Shown piece by piece: positions 20,894-30,638 of a stretch of 64,000 nucleotides of DNA. Both the position numbers and the translations under genes were made by a program. The notes below the pieces were generated by a model. The model ran no database searches. It saw nothing but the letters and a program-made list of their open reading frames with translations, and was not told the DNA's origin. The DNA comes from Planctomycetota bacterium (GTDB taxonomy: Bacteria; Planctomycetota; UBA8108; SXIK01), in contig CBDCXR010000004.1 in the NCBI GenBank assembly GCA_965223845.1, positions 6,656,001 through 6,720,000 on the forward strand, given 5' to 3'. How positions within the stretch are numbered: the stretch's first letter is position 1; each line of letters starts with the position of its first letter.

Positions 20894-21910
20894 TTACCGA
20901 GCGTCTTCGTGGGTTTTCGTCGAACTCGCGCCCGTCCCAGTCGAAAGCGCGGAAATCGCGTAGCGCGCGTTGATCGCGAGCGACGCGGCTTCACTCGTCG
21001 ATCCGTCGGGCCAGCTGACGCTGACCCGCACCCGCGCGGAGTCGGGAACATCTCCGAGGCCGATATGGACCCTTTGCGGACCGCCGGTTCGCCGAGCGGG
21101 GGTGCAGGTCCGACGGTCGATTCCCTCGCCGGTGATCGTCATCTGAATCACCGCCCGTGACTCGTCGTCGGTCTCGTCCGCCGCGACAAGATGGTTCTCC
21201 GGTGGCGATAGATCGAGCGTGAGGTAGGCGCGCGGCTGAAATCCGTTCCAAAGAAGAACCGTCGGCTCGGAAGGTCCGAGGAGGAGTCCGAGATCGAGTC
21301 GGCCGTCCCGGTCGAAATCCTCGCAGACGATACCGCGGACGCCGGGCGCCACGTCGAACGCGGTTCCGAGTCGCGCGCCGACTTCGCGGAATCCGGTCTC
21401 GTCGCTGAGGTAAAACCGGAGTCGACGCGGCGCACCGAGCTCGCCGACGGGCGGCGGGGCGACGACGTCGATGTCGCCGTCGTTGTCCGCGTCGAACCAG
21501 AGACCGAGGCGAACGACGTCGCCGGGAAGCTGGGTGGGCGAATCGCCGCAATCGCTCTCGATGAGCCAGGCGACGCGATGTCGCTGGTCGGCGGCGATCC
21601 ACTCCTGCGCGATCGCTTCGAACTCACGCTCCGGCTTCCACGTCGCGAATCCGAGTCGACCCGTCCGAAGATCGACATCGAGGTCGCGCTCGTCGCGGTG
21701 GTCACCGGAAGCGATCGCGGGCACGACGCGCACCGAGAGCAGAGCGGGATCCGCGACCCGAGGGAGAGGAACGCCCGGTCGAAGCCGCTCGGCGGTCCAG
21801 ACCTCAGCCACCGGGCGCGGACCGAGCCAGTAGAGGAGAGCTCCGATCGAGACGGCAGCGATGGCGAAACTCGCCGCGCGACGACCGCTTCCGCGGGGCG
21901 ATTGCGGCAT
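20894..21910 (-). CDS. Membrane-anchored FG-GAP/ASPIC-UnbV-like protein (short or degenerate CRTAC1 type)
   Basis: N-terminal TM; DADNDGDIDV and DFDRDGRLDL; C-terminal RVHIGLGD..VRVSVSWPDGS. The real start is likely ATG 21910 rather than 22447. Confidence 0.7.
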   Translation of the reverse strand: MPQSPRGSGRRAASFAIAAVSIGALLYWLGPRPVAEVWTAERLRPGVPLPRVADPALLSVRVVPAIASGDHRDERDLDVDLRTGRLGFATWKPEREFEAIAQEWIAADQRHRVAWLIESDCGDSPTQLPGDVVRLGLWFDADNDGDIDVVAPPPVGELGAPRRLRFYLSDETGFREVGARLGTAFDVAPGVRGIVCEDFDRDGRLDLGLLLGPSEPTVLLWNGFQPRAYLTLDLSPPENHLVAADETDDESRAVIQMTITGEGIDRRTCTPARRTGGPQRVHIGLGDVPDSARVRVSVSWPDGSTSEAASLAINARYAISALSTGTGASSTKTHEDAR

Positions 21911-22062
21911 GACGATCCTCCGATCGGACGCTTGCTCGAACGGACGAGCCCGGCGCGGCGGACGGCAACGATCCGCCGGACGCGCGGCATCATCCCGGAA
22001 CGATGCTCCGTTGGCCAAGGAAAACGCGATGGCGAGAGAACAGCACACACCCTCTCGATGAC

Positions 22063-22332
22063 TCAGCGCTGGACGCGTCTCCCATATCGGTAGATCGAAT
22101 AGACGTCGCGGTCGAGCTTCCGGAGCGCCCGGAGCAGTATCGCCGCGACCCGCTTTCGTGACCGTCCCGTGCGGCGGGCGATGTCGACGATGGATGTTCC
22201 TTCGACCCCGGCGAGTGCGATGACTCGCCGCTCGTCGCGGTCGAGCGTGCGGAGTGCCTCGCGGAGTCGACGGTAGTAGTAAGGGTCGCCCCGGCAGGCG
22301 CGGATCGAGCGGCGACGCAGGCGCATCCTCAT
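22063..22332 (-). CDS. Small protein containing only a sigma-70 region 4 (HTH) domain
   Basis: GAGGAGG RBS before ATG 22332; LREALRTLDRDERRVIALAGVEGTSIVDIARRTGRSRKRVAAILLRALRKL. Confidence 0.7.
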   Translation of the reverse strand: MRMRLRRRSIRACRGDPYYYRRLREALRTLDRDERRVIALAGVEGTSIVDIARRTGRSRKRVAAILLRALRKLDRDVYSIYRYGRRVQR

Positions 22333-22659
22333 CTCCGGTCCTCCTCGGCTGCAGCCTCGCGACTGAACGCGAGTGAGTGAGGGGTTCGGTTGCGGGCCGG
22401 GATCCACTGTCCCTTCCGTCGGCAATCTCGCCCGCGAAACTCTCCATCGTGATTTACCATCGAGTTCTCCCGAGGTTCGATCAGGAGAGACCGGACGAAG
22501 AGCGATCGTAACGCGTAGACCGTATTGCGGTGCCATCTCTGCTCGGATTCGCGCGGAATCAGGCTGCCGCGGAAAATGAGCGGTTACGCGCTCAGGAGTT
22601 TCGTTCTCCAAAGCACGTTGTCGGCGAGTGGATGCTCTTGGCTCGAGGGGTGTAGATCG

Positions 22660-24711
22660 ATGGAGAATCAGAAGACGGTAGTTGCCAAAGCGAGCCTGTG
22701 GGGCGTCGTGCTTGCGTCAGTGGCCGGGGTTTCGCCGGTTTCGTTCGCGCAGCTTTGCGAGCGCGAGGATCCGGTCGAGATCCGTCTCTACTTTCCCACG
22801 GCGTCTGGAACGTACGTGGGGATCAAGGCGCCGAGCTACCGCGACGAGATCGTCGGCGGGATGACCGAGCCGTTTCACGCCAGCAATCTCGATTTCGACC
22901 CCGCTCTCGTCAGCGACGACGATCTCATCCGTTCGATCTCGGATCTCATCCGCAAGGATTTCGAGGAATTCGACGTGGTCGTCACGACGTCTCGCGATCC
23001 GTTCGAGCATCCCGAGCCGCGTTCGGGGACTCGCACCGCGGTGATCTGCACGGATTCGAAAGCCGTCGAGATCACGGGGGGCGGCTGCGGTCATCTCATC
23101 GGATACGGTCACAACACGGGTCCGTCCGGGTATCTCGGTTGGCCGGACGTCGGTTACGCGCGCATCTGGGCCGCGAGTCTGACCGAGGTGCCGCCGACGA
23201 CGCCCTGTGCGGCCGGAACGCCGCCGTGCCGTTCCTGGCTGATCGGGACACACCACACGTTGGCGAACTGGACTCGCGCGATCGGCTCGACGCTCGCGCA
23301 TGAGATTGGCCACTCCTTCGAGCTGGGCCACTGCGAGGCGCGCGGCGGTCCGGGTGGAGACACCGACCACATCATGGCGCCGAGCACGTTCAAGTGCATG
23401 GGGACGACGACCGCCGGCCTCACCTGCGACGATCGCGTAGACAAGAGACGCTACTTCAGCGATACGAGCTACGGGATCATCGGATCGAAGACCGGGCTCG
23501 CCGTTCACACGATGCACAACTGGGACTTCGTCAACACGAACAGCACCGAAGCGGTGGAGTTTAGCATCGATTTCGTAAGCCCGAGCCTCTCGCTCGACAC
23601 GCTCTGGTCGTACGAAGGCGCGGACTGCCCGTGGGGTCCTCCCACGCTCACCTCGACGGGTCTGACGACCTTTCGCGGACGCAGCTATCCGTCGTACCGG
23701 GTCACCTGGCGAGATCCTCGCCCTTGGAGCGGCGGCACGAGCGGGCGCGTCCCGGGTGGGGGGAAGTTCCACGTCGGAGTGTCCTTCGTGCAGAAAGCAC
23801 CGGTCATCCCTACGCTCGTTCGCTTCTGGGAGAAAGATGCGAGCGGAGCTCTAGTCGAGTTGTCCGATCATCCTCGTTTCGTCGCCTACGACGACGCGGC
23901 CCTCACCGCGAGCGCTCCATGTCTCTTCGAGCTCACACTCTACAATCCCGGGAATTCGGTCCTTCGGATCGCTGACTTCCACGTGCGGTTCCTCCCGCGA
24001 TTGCCCTCGCTCGAGAGCCTCGTCGAGTCGCAGATTCTGTCTCCTCTAGATCGCGCGGGACGCCCCATCACGCGGCACGACCGGTTCAAGCTGCCGAACG
24101 ATATCCTGCTCGCGGGAGGATCGTCGGTGCAGGTCCCGCTGGCGGCCCTCTCCGACGACCGATTCATCGACATCGCCGCCAAGGTCGAACCGTCCGACGA
24201 CGAAGGGCACTACTTCGTCGGGAACCGTCTCCTCGGGCCCTTCCCGGCGACGGTGACGTACGTCACGGCGGAGATCCACGACATCGAAACGGAGAGCGTC
24301 TCGCGGATGTACTACACGATTTCGGGACACGTTCCGGACTGCAACTGCAACGGGCGAGACGACAAGCTCGAGATCGCCGACGGCAGCCTCGCCGACGCGA
24401 ATGCGAACGGAATGCCGGACATTTGCGAGCGAGAGTTCATCCGCGGCGATTCGAACGGCGACGGGACACCGAATCTGTCCGACGCCCTCTACACGCTCGA
24501 TTGGATGTTCGGTTTCTCGGGCGCTCCGATCTTCCCCGATTGCTTCGACGCTCTCGATAGTTCCGACCAAGGATCGATCAACATCTCCTCGCCGGTCTAT
24601 CTCCTCAACTACCTCTTTAGCTCGGGGCCCGCACCGCCCGCGCCGTTCCCGGGGTGCGGTCAGGATTTGACTCTCGACATCCTCGACTGCAATCGCCTCA
24701 GTTGTCCGTGA
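22660..24711 (+). CDS. Secreted metzincin-type zinc metallopeptidase with C-terminal dockerin-like domain
   Basis: Signal peptide; HEIGHSFELGH with downstream HIMAP Met-turn; PDCNCNGRDD..DANANGMPDICE repeat; FIRGDSNGDGTPNLSDALYTLDWMF. Confidence 0.85.
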   Translation: MENQKTVVAKASLWGVVLASVAGVSPVSFAQLCEREDPVEIRLYFPTASGTYVGIKAPSYRDEIVGGMTEPFHASNLDFDPALVSDDDLIRSISDLIRKDFEEFDVVVTTSRDPFEHPEPRSGTRTAVICTDSKAVEITGGGCGHLIGYGHNTGPSGYLGWPDVGYARIWAASLTEVPPTTPCAAGTPPCRSWLIGTHHTLANWTRAIGSTLAHEIGHSFELGHCEARGGPGGDTDHIMAPSTFKCMGTTTAGLTCDDRVDKRRYFSDTSYGIIGSKTGLAVHTMHNWDFVNTNSTEAVEFSIDFVSPSLSLDTLWSYEGADCPWGPPTLTSTGLTTFRGRSYPSYRVTWRDPRPWSGGTSGRVPGGGKFHVGVSFVQKAPVIPTLVRFWEKDASGALVELSDHPRFVAYDDAALTASAPCLFELTLYNPGNSVLRIADFHVRFLPRLPSLESLVESQILSPLDRAGRPITRHDRFKLPNDILLAGGSSVQVPLAALSDDRFIDIAAKVEPSDDEGHYFVGNRLLGPFPATVTYVTAEIHDIETESVSRMYYTISGHVPDCNCNGRDDKLEIADGSLADANANGMPDICEREFIRGDSNGDGTPNLSDALYTLDWMFGFSGAPIFPDCFDALDSSDQGSINISSPVYLLNYLFSSGPAPPAPFPGCGQDLTLDILDCNRLSCP

Positions 24712-27700
24712 CCCGGTCGAGCCGCGAGACCTCGATGCCGGACACGCAAGGGATCGACCTCTCGAGGCCCTCGGCACGGAAGAAAACAATGTCGAGAAAA
24801 CCGTCGTCGACCTCCGTGTCGATGACGCGAACGATCGGCTTTCCGAATCCGTGCGCCGCGGGCTCGAACGATTCGATCTCGCGATTGTCTTCCACCGCGA
24901 CGTCAAAGATGCGAGGCCACTTGAGCGCGCGTTCACCCGCGATGAAGTGGAGAGTCACGCGGTACTCTCCCGGCGGGACGGGGATGCCGTAGCCCGGCAG
25001 CCGGGTTCCCTCTTCGTTGAATCGTCGCTCGGTCTGATAGATCGGCCGGTGCTCGAGCTCGATCTGCGGTTCGTTGAGATCCGGAACGTAATCGAGCTCT
25101 CCGCCCCGGAAGAAGCGATCGTAGCTCCAGATCGCATCCTCGCGACGATAGTTGTCGCGCGCGCCGCAGTTGATCCGGAGTGACTTCCCGGCGGCGAGCT
25201 GCTCGAGAAGCCAGTGCGCGTCGCGGGCGGAGTGAGGGAGCTCGGTGAGGTCGACCTCGCCGCGGGGAAATTCAGCGGCGAGTCGCTCGACGTCCATCTC
25301 CGCGTTGAACGCGGCCGCGAGCCATTCGTCCCAAACCGTCTCGCGCTTCGAGTGCCCCGATTCGAGTGCACGACGGAGCTCCGCCTCAGCGCGCGCGTGA
25401 TGTCCTAGCTGGGCGAGAGCATCGGCGAGCCGGAGAAACGGTTCCACATGGGCGGTGTCGGCGGCGAGGACGTCGGCGTACGCCTCGGCGGCGGCGTCCC
25501 AGCGGCTCTCCAGCTCGGCGATGCGGCCTTCGAAGTACTGCACGCGAGGGGTGTCGTCCTCGCGGGCGGCCGCGCGGAACGCAGCGAGCTTCGCGCGAGC
25601 GTCCGCGAGACGCTCGGTGGCAGAGATCTCAACGCTGACGCGGGCGTCTAGATAGAGATCGTCGTCGTCCGGCGCGGCGTTGAGGACGCGTACGGCGATG
25701 ACGTTCTCTCCGGCGCGGAGCCAGTCCGGAGGAATCGGGAGACGGTCGCTATACCAGAGATCGTGCCGGTACTGCGCGACCGCATCCGGCGCGACCGGTG
25801 TCCCCGGTTTACTCTCCAGGCTTCGCACGATCTCCCGGCCGTTCACGCATGCGACGTAGTCGTCGTCCATGCGAAAGTGGACGGCGTATCCTTCGCGACT
25901 CGATGCGTCGTCGAGCGTGAATCGCCACCGGGCGTAGAGCGACGCGGAGTTGCCCCGCATCGCGCTCACGTCCGTTCCGCCCGTCCGGCACTGCGGGTAC
26001 GCGAGGGGCGACGATCCCGTCGCCCAATCGTCGTCGCGGTATTCCGGCTCGATCCAGTTCTCGAGATCTCGGACTGAGTCGCCGATCGCGTAGCGGCACG
26101 TGGCATGCGCGGCGACCGGAAAGCGCGGCGCGTCGATCGCTGCGTCAACGGAGGCGTAACTGACGAGTCGGGGAGCGAGGTGCTCGCGGTCTTGCTCGAT
26201 GAGGGTCGTGATCGCTCGACTATGTGTATCGGTGAGCGAAGCTTTTTCGAGGCGGCGAAGCTGCGCCGCGACGGTGTCCACCTCGCCGAAGGGCTTCCGA
26301 TCTTGAAGGTGGATCTTCGAGTAGACGTGGTAGACGCCGTCGTAGTCGGGCGCGAAGGATTGAACCTTGTGGACTCGTTCGAGCGCCTCGTCGCGACGAT
26401 CCGCTTTGTAAAGAGTCTCCGTCAAGTACTTCCAGGGCGGGCACCAGTTCTCCGTGAGCTCGATGGTTCTCTCGTACGCGGCGATCCGTTCGCTCCGAAG
26501 AGCGGGGTTTCGTTCGTAAACGTTCCCGAGGCGATACCACGCCAGCCAACTGTCCGGATAGCGTTCGAGCGCGCTCTTGTACTCGGAGATCGCCTCGTCC
26601 TTCTTTCTCGCCTTGCGAAGGCACGAACCGAGATTGCACCGAACGAGCTCTCCTTCCATTCCGGCGGCCATCGCCGCGCGGTACTCGTCCGCAGCTTCAG
26701 CGAACATTCGCCGCCGCTCGAGAAGCCACGCGAGGTTGTAATGCGCGGCGGAGAGGGGCGCCGCGCCGCTCGTCGCGCGGCGATAGAGACCTTCTGCGCG
26801 GTGCGACTCGCCTCGCTCTTCGCAGATGGTTCCGAGGTGGTTGAGGGCGACGGATTGCTCCGGCGCGATCGCGAGGCTTCGCTCGAGCTCTGCTTCCGCC
26901 GCGTCGAGGTTTCCTCGCGCTTGGAGGGTTCGCGCGAGGCTGAGGCGCGCGCCGACGAAGCTCGAGTCGAGTCGAATCGCTTCGCGGAGCGACTTCTCCC
27001 CGCTCGCGAACTGTCCTCGGCGGGTGCGAGCGATGCCGGCGCCGACGAGCGCGGTGACGTTCCGCGGATCGCGGCGAGCGACGCTTTGATAGAGTTCGGT
27101 CGCGCGCTCGAGCTCGCCGCTCGCGAGCCGGATGTGCCCTTCGATGAGACTCGCACCGACGAGTCCGGGAGAAGACATCCGAACTTCGCGACAGACGGCG
27201 AGAGCTTCCTCGACCCGGCCGGCAGCGAAGAGCGCCCGTGAACGCTCGAGCTGGGCGGACGGGTCGTCGGAGAATCGTTCGCTCCACGCGACCGCGCGAT
27301 CGACGTCGCCGAGGTTGAGCAGCATCCAGGCGACGCTCCGCACAATCTCGTCCCGGCCCTCCGGCAGCGATCCGTCCGGCGCCACACGCCGGAGCAAGGC
27401 GTCCGCCTCCGTCGGTCGATCGAGGAGAAAGAGCGCCTTCGCGCCGAGGATCACTGGCTCCGCCCAACCATCGCGCAGGTTTTCTGCGGCAGCGAATGCA
27501 CGTGAGGCGATGACCGGGTCGCCGCGCTCGAGCTGCACGCGTCCGTAGTCGACGCGGCTTTGGAGGACGAGAAGATCAAGATCACTCTTCGGCCCCGACT
27601 CAATCGATTGCGCACTCACGGCGCCGAGCGCGGACGCGGCCGCCTCCCAGCGGGAGTCGAGCATCGCCCTCTGTCCGGCGACCCAGTGGCGGAGCCATGC

Positions 27701-29533
27701 GGGACCGGCAGCGAGTGCGCGATCTAGCTCGGCCGCGGCCGCGGTCGCCGCCGACGTGCGCTGGAGCCGAACGAGTGCTTCGTGACGCAGAAACTGCGCC
27801 GGCACGAACCTCCGATCCTTGGTGAGCGCGAGCGACGCGGCGGAATTCGCCGCGGCCGCTCGACCGCTCTCGAGGTGCGTGCGTCCGAGAAAGTAGTGCC
27901 CGATCGGGCGATCCGGCGCGAGGGCGATCGCGGCGCGAAACGAGGTGACGGCGCGTTCGAGCGGATCATCGGCGCCGGGCCACTCGAGCGCTCCCGCTTC
28001 GACGATCTCGGGGTGAGAGCGCAGAATCGGGAACCGATCGCCGAACGGTAGCTCGAGACGGAGCGGGTGGCGCCGTTTCCGATCTTCGAGGATTTCGTCG
28101 ACCGCCATTCTCTCGAGAGTCGCCTCGGGTCGCATTGCGACGCGCGCGAGCTCGGTGATCCCTCGGATCACGTGTCCTTCGTGTTCCGACTGAACTCGGT
28201 CGCGGTGGAGACTCCAGAACTGATTTCCCGCCGCAGCGCCGAGAGCGGCCAGGATCACGGTGAACGCGCCGATCGCGACCCCGACTCGGTGCCGCCGCAG
28301 CCAGTAGCCGATGCGATTCGCGCGCGTGAGGCGCGGCGTCTCACCGGGATCACCGCGCGCGATGCGAACGAGTTCTTCGCGCAGCGCCGCGGCGCTGCGG
28401 AAGCGCTCCGTCGGCTTCTTCCGGAGACACTTCATCGCGACCGCTTCGAGATCCGCCGAGACGTCGGGCGCGAGGCTCCTCACCGGTACGGGATCTTCGC
28501 TCCGGATCTTTCGCAGGGTCTCGAGGTCGTGCCGGCCCTCGAGTGGAGGACGGAGCGTCAGCATCTCGTAGAGCGTCGCACCGAGGCTGTAGATGTCCGA
28601 CGCCTCCTCGGCCGGCTGCGGCGGATCGGCGGCTTGCTCGGGGCTCATATAGAGGACGGTCCCGACGCGCTCGCCCGACTCCGTGAGACCGCTCTCGCCC
28701 TTGACGCGTGCGATTCCGAAGTCGAGGACTCGAAGATCGCCATCGGGACTCACGATGAGATTCGACGGCTTGATGTCGCGGTGCACGATGTCGTGGCTGT
28801 GCGCGTGATCGAGTCCCGCCGCGGCGCCCGCGAACGCGCGCGCGAGCCAGCGGCAGTACGAGTCGTGCGGACTTCGCGCCTCTGTCGGCTCGGCCGGCGA
28901 CCAGCGGCCGCGCGAGTCGTCGGGGAAACGTTCCGTCTCATCGCCCCAAGTCGAGCCCGACGCCTCGAGCTCGGAGAGCACGTGCCGCCGGAACTCCGCG
29001 AGCGATCCTCCGCTCGACGAACCGCAGCGCTCCCCGAGCGTCTTTAGAGTCTCGCCCTCGGCGAGCTCCATCGCGTAGTAGGGAACTCCGCCCGCGACGC
29101 CCCCGGCGAGCACAGAAACCACGTTCGGATGGCGGAGCCGCGCGGCCATGAGGGATTCGCGGCGGAATCGCGCGCGCGCCTTCGGATTCGAAGCGAGCGC
29201 CGCCGGAAGAATCTTGACCGCCGCGTCGCGATCGAGCGAACGCTGTCTCGCGCGGCAGACGATGCCCATTCCGCCCGTGTCGAGGATGCCGAGAATATCG
29301 AAGTCGCCGAGGCGCTCGGGAAGTGGCGGATCTTCGGCGAGCGCGCGGAGCTCCTCGAGGACGTCGAGCTCGTCGGTGAGGTTGCGAGCGGCGTCCGGGT
29401 TCTCGCGCAGAACTCGCGCTAGCTCTCCCGAGCCGGCTCGCGCCCTCAGGTCGAGTAGCTCGGCTAGGCGCAGCGCATCGTCGCGCTTCTCGGCCTCGTC
29501 TTCGGGATCACGAGGAGGATGACGATCGGACAT
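24698..29533 (-). CDS. Hanks-type Ser/Thr kinase with TM segment, TPR repeats, beta-sandwich domain and C-terminal malectin-like domain
   Basis: GGMGIV, AAVK, HRDIKPSN, DFG, GTVLYMSPEQA, SDIYSLG; TPR helices; RINCGA..WSYDRFF..YQTER..YRVTLHF..RIFDV. Confidence 0.93.
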   Translation of the reverse strand: MSDRHPPRDPEDEAEKRDDALRLAELLDLRARAGSGELARVLRENPDAARNLTDELDVLEELRALAEDPPLPERLGDFDILGILDTGGMGIVCRARQRSLDRDAAVKILPAALASNPKARARFRRESLMAARLRHPNVVSVLAGGVAGGVPYYAMELAEGETLKTLGERCGSSSGGSLAEFRRHVLSELEASGSTWGDETERFPDDSRGRWSPAEPTEARSPHDSYCRWLARAFAGAAAGLDHAHSHDIVHRDIKPSNLIVSPDGDLRVLDFGIARVKGESGLTESGERVGTVLYMSPEQAADPPQPAEEASDIYSLGATLYEMLTLRPPLEGRHDLETLRKIRSEDPVPVRSLAPDVSADLEAVAMKCLRKKPTERFRSAAALREELVRIARGDPGETPRLTRANRIGYWLRRHRVGVAIGAFTVILAALGAAAGNQFWSLHRDRVQSEHEGHVIRGITELARVAMRPEATLERMAVDEILEDRKRRHPLRLELPFGDRFPILRSHPEIVEAGALEWPGADDPLERAVTSFRAAIALAPDRPIGHYFLGRTHLESGRAAAANSAASLALTKDRRFVPAQFLRHEALVRLQRTSAATAAAAELDRALAAGPAWLRHWVAGQRAMLDSRWEAAASALGAVSAQSIESGPKSDLDLLVLQSRVDYGRVQLERGDPVIASRAFAAAENLRDGWAEPVILGAKALFLLDRPTEADALLRRVAPDGSLPEGRDEIVRSVAWMLLNLGDVDRAVAWSERFSDDPSAQLERSRALFAAGRVEEALAVCREVRMSSPGLVGASLIEGHIRLASGELERATELYQSVARRDPRNVTALVGAGIARTRRGQFASGEKSLREAIRLDSSFVGARLSLARTLQARGNLDAAEAELERSLAIAPEQSVALNHLGTICEERGESHRAEGLYRRATSGAAPLSAAHYNLAWLLERRRMFAEAADEYRAAMAAGMEGELVRCNLGSCLRKARKKDEAISEYKSALERYPDSWLAWYRLGNVYERNPALRSERIAAYERTIELTENWCPPWKYLTETLYKADRRDEALERVHKVQSFAPDYDGVYHVYSKIHLQDRKPFGEVDTVAAQLRRLEKASLTDTHSRAITTLIEQDREHLAPRLVSYASVDAAIDAPRFPVAAHATCRYAIGDSVRDLENWIEPEYRDDDWATGSSPLAYPQCRTGGTDVSAMRGNSASLYARWRFTLDDASSREGYAVHFRMDDDYVACVNGREIVRSLESKPGTPVAPDAVAQYRHDLWYSDRLPIPPDWLRAGENVIAVRVLNAAPDDDDLYLDARVSVEISATERLADARAKLAAFRAAAREDDTPRVQYFEGRIAELESRWDAAAEAYADVLAADTAHVEPFLRLADALAQLGHHARAEAELRRALESGHSKRETVWDEWLAAAFNAEMDVERLAAEFPRGEVDLTELPHSARDAHWLLEQLAAGKSLRINCGARDNYRREDAIWSYDRFFRGGELDYVPDLNEPQIELEHRPIYQTERRFNEEGTRLPGYGIPVPPGEYRVTLHFIAGERALKWPRIFDVAVEDNREIESFEPAAHGFGKPIVRVIDTEVDDGFLDIVFFRAEGLERSIPCVSGIEVSRLDRVTDN

Positions 29534-30230
29534 CGCGGTTCCGCCCCGTCCAGCTCGACTTAGCGCTCAGTGAGCGATCGCGCGGAAGGCTGAAGCTGTC
29601 AGTCGGGCCGAATCTCCGCCGCAGCTTCTGAAGGGCTCTTTTGAGGCGCATGGAAGTCGCCTCGCGAGTGAGACCGAGGCGCCGAGCCATCTCATTGACG
29701 GGCAGGTTCTCGATCTGAGTCATCAGGATGAGAGTTCGGTCGGCCTGCGGCAAACCGGCGAGCGCGCGCTCGAGGCGTTCGAATCGCTCCGTCTGCCGGA
29801 TGCGCGTTCCCTCCGTACTCCCTTTACGACGAGTTGGGTAGACCGAATCGTCGAGTTTTTTCGGGTTACCAGGCGCTCGCTTTCCGGTCTTGAAGTAGTG
29901 GCGGTCGTGATTGCGGATGACGTTCTCCGCCACACTCGCCAGCCAGCGGCGGAAGGTCGCGTGGGCCTTCGTTCGCGAGCTGTCGCCTTGCCACTTGAAC
30001 GAATCGATCGCCTTGATGGCCTGAAGGAGCGCATCCTGGACGACGTCCTCGACGGTTTCTCGCGTGCGGAGGCGCGGACCGAGTCGCGCGCGCACGAAGG
30101 CTTCGAGGTGAGGTCTCTGCGCAACGAGGAGTTGCTGCGACGCCGCGCGGTCGCCGTCGACCGCGGCGAGAACGAGTTTTTCTTCGCCGCGATCGTCGTG
30201 TCGCGGAGAAGAACGTGACGACCGTTGCAT
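29508..30230 (-). CDS. ECF RNA polymerase sigma factor coupled to the kinase gene
   Basis: EDVVQDALLQA..FRRWL (region 2) and LERALAGLPQADR..MARRLGLTREATSMRLKRAL (region 4); overlaps the kinase start. Confidence 0.92.
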   Translation of the reverse strand: MQRSSRSSPRHDDRGEEKLVLAAVDGDRAASQQLLVAQRPHLEAFVRARLGPRLRTRETVEDVVQDALLQAIKAIDSFKWQGDSSRTKAHATFRRWLASVAENVIRNHDRHYFKTGKRAPGNPKKLDDSVYPTRRKGSTEGTRIRQTERFERLERALAGLPQADRTLILMTQIENLPVNEMARRLGLTREATSMRLKRALQKLRRRFGPTDSFSLPRDRSLSAKSSWTGRNRDVRSSSSS

Positions 30231-30638
30231 AGTGGCGTTCTCCTATTCTTGTCGCCCCGATCGATGCGGCAGCGTGCGCGGAGGAGGCGATCCACCGCGA
30301 ACCCAGCCGTTCCCACACTGGGAGAACGGAAGTGCCGGCGCCGTAACGAAAAAACCGCGAGTGACGTCGGCGTGCCCGAGGACGAGATGATAGCCTGGAC
30401 CTCTCACCGGATTCCACTGCGTCACCCTAGCTCGAGGACCGAACATCGGATGCGTCGACGCGCGGATCGCGATGGGGTCTGAGCGCAGCTTCGGTCCGCG
30501 CGGCGCCACTTCCTTGTCAGTTCAGGACTTACAGCCGCTGCGCTCACCGAATCCGATCCGTGGGAGCGGGGCTGCGACAAAGGCGAACCTCGCCCGCGGC
30601 CAACCGGGCAAACCGGAGAGGTCTCCGGAGGCGCGACG

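Noticed and set aside
21911-22447. N-terminal extension of the 517-aa ORF 20894-22447
   Set aside because: Overlaps the sigma region-4 ORF in another frame and is low-complexity; the TM-anchored protein begins at 21910.
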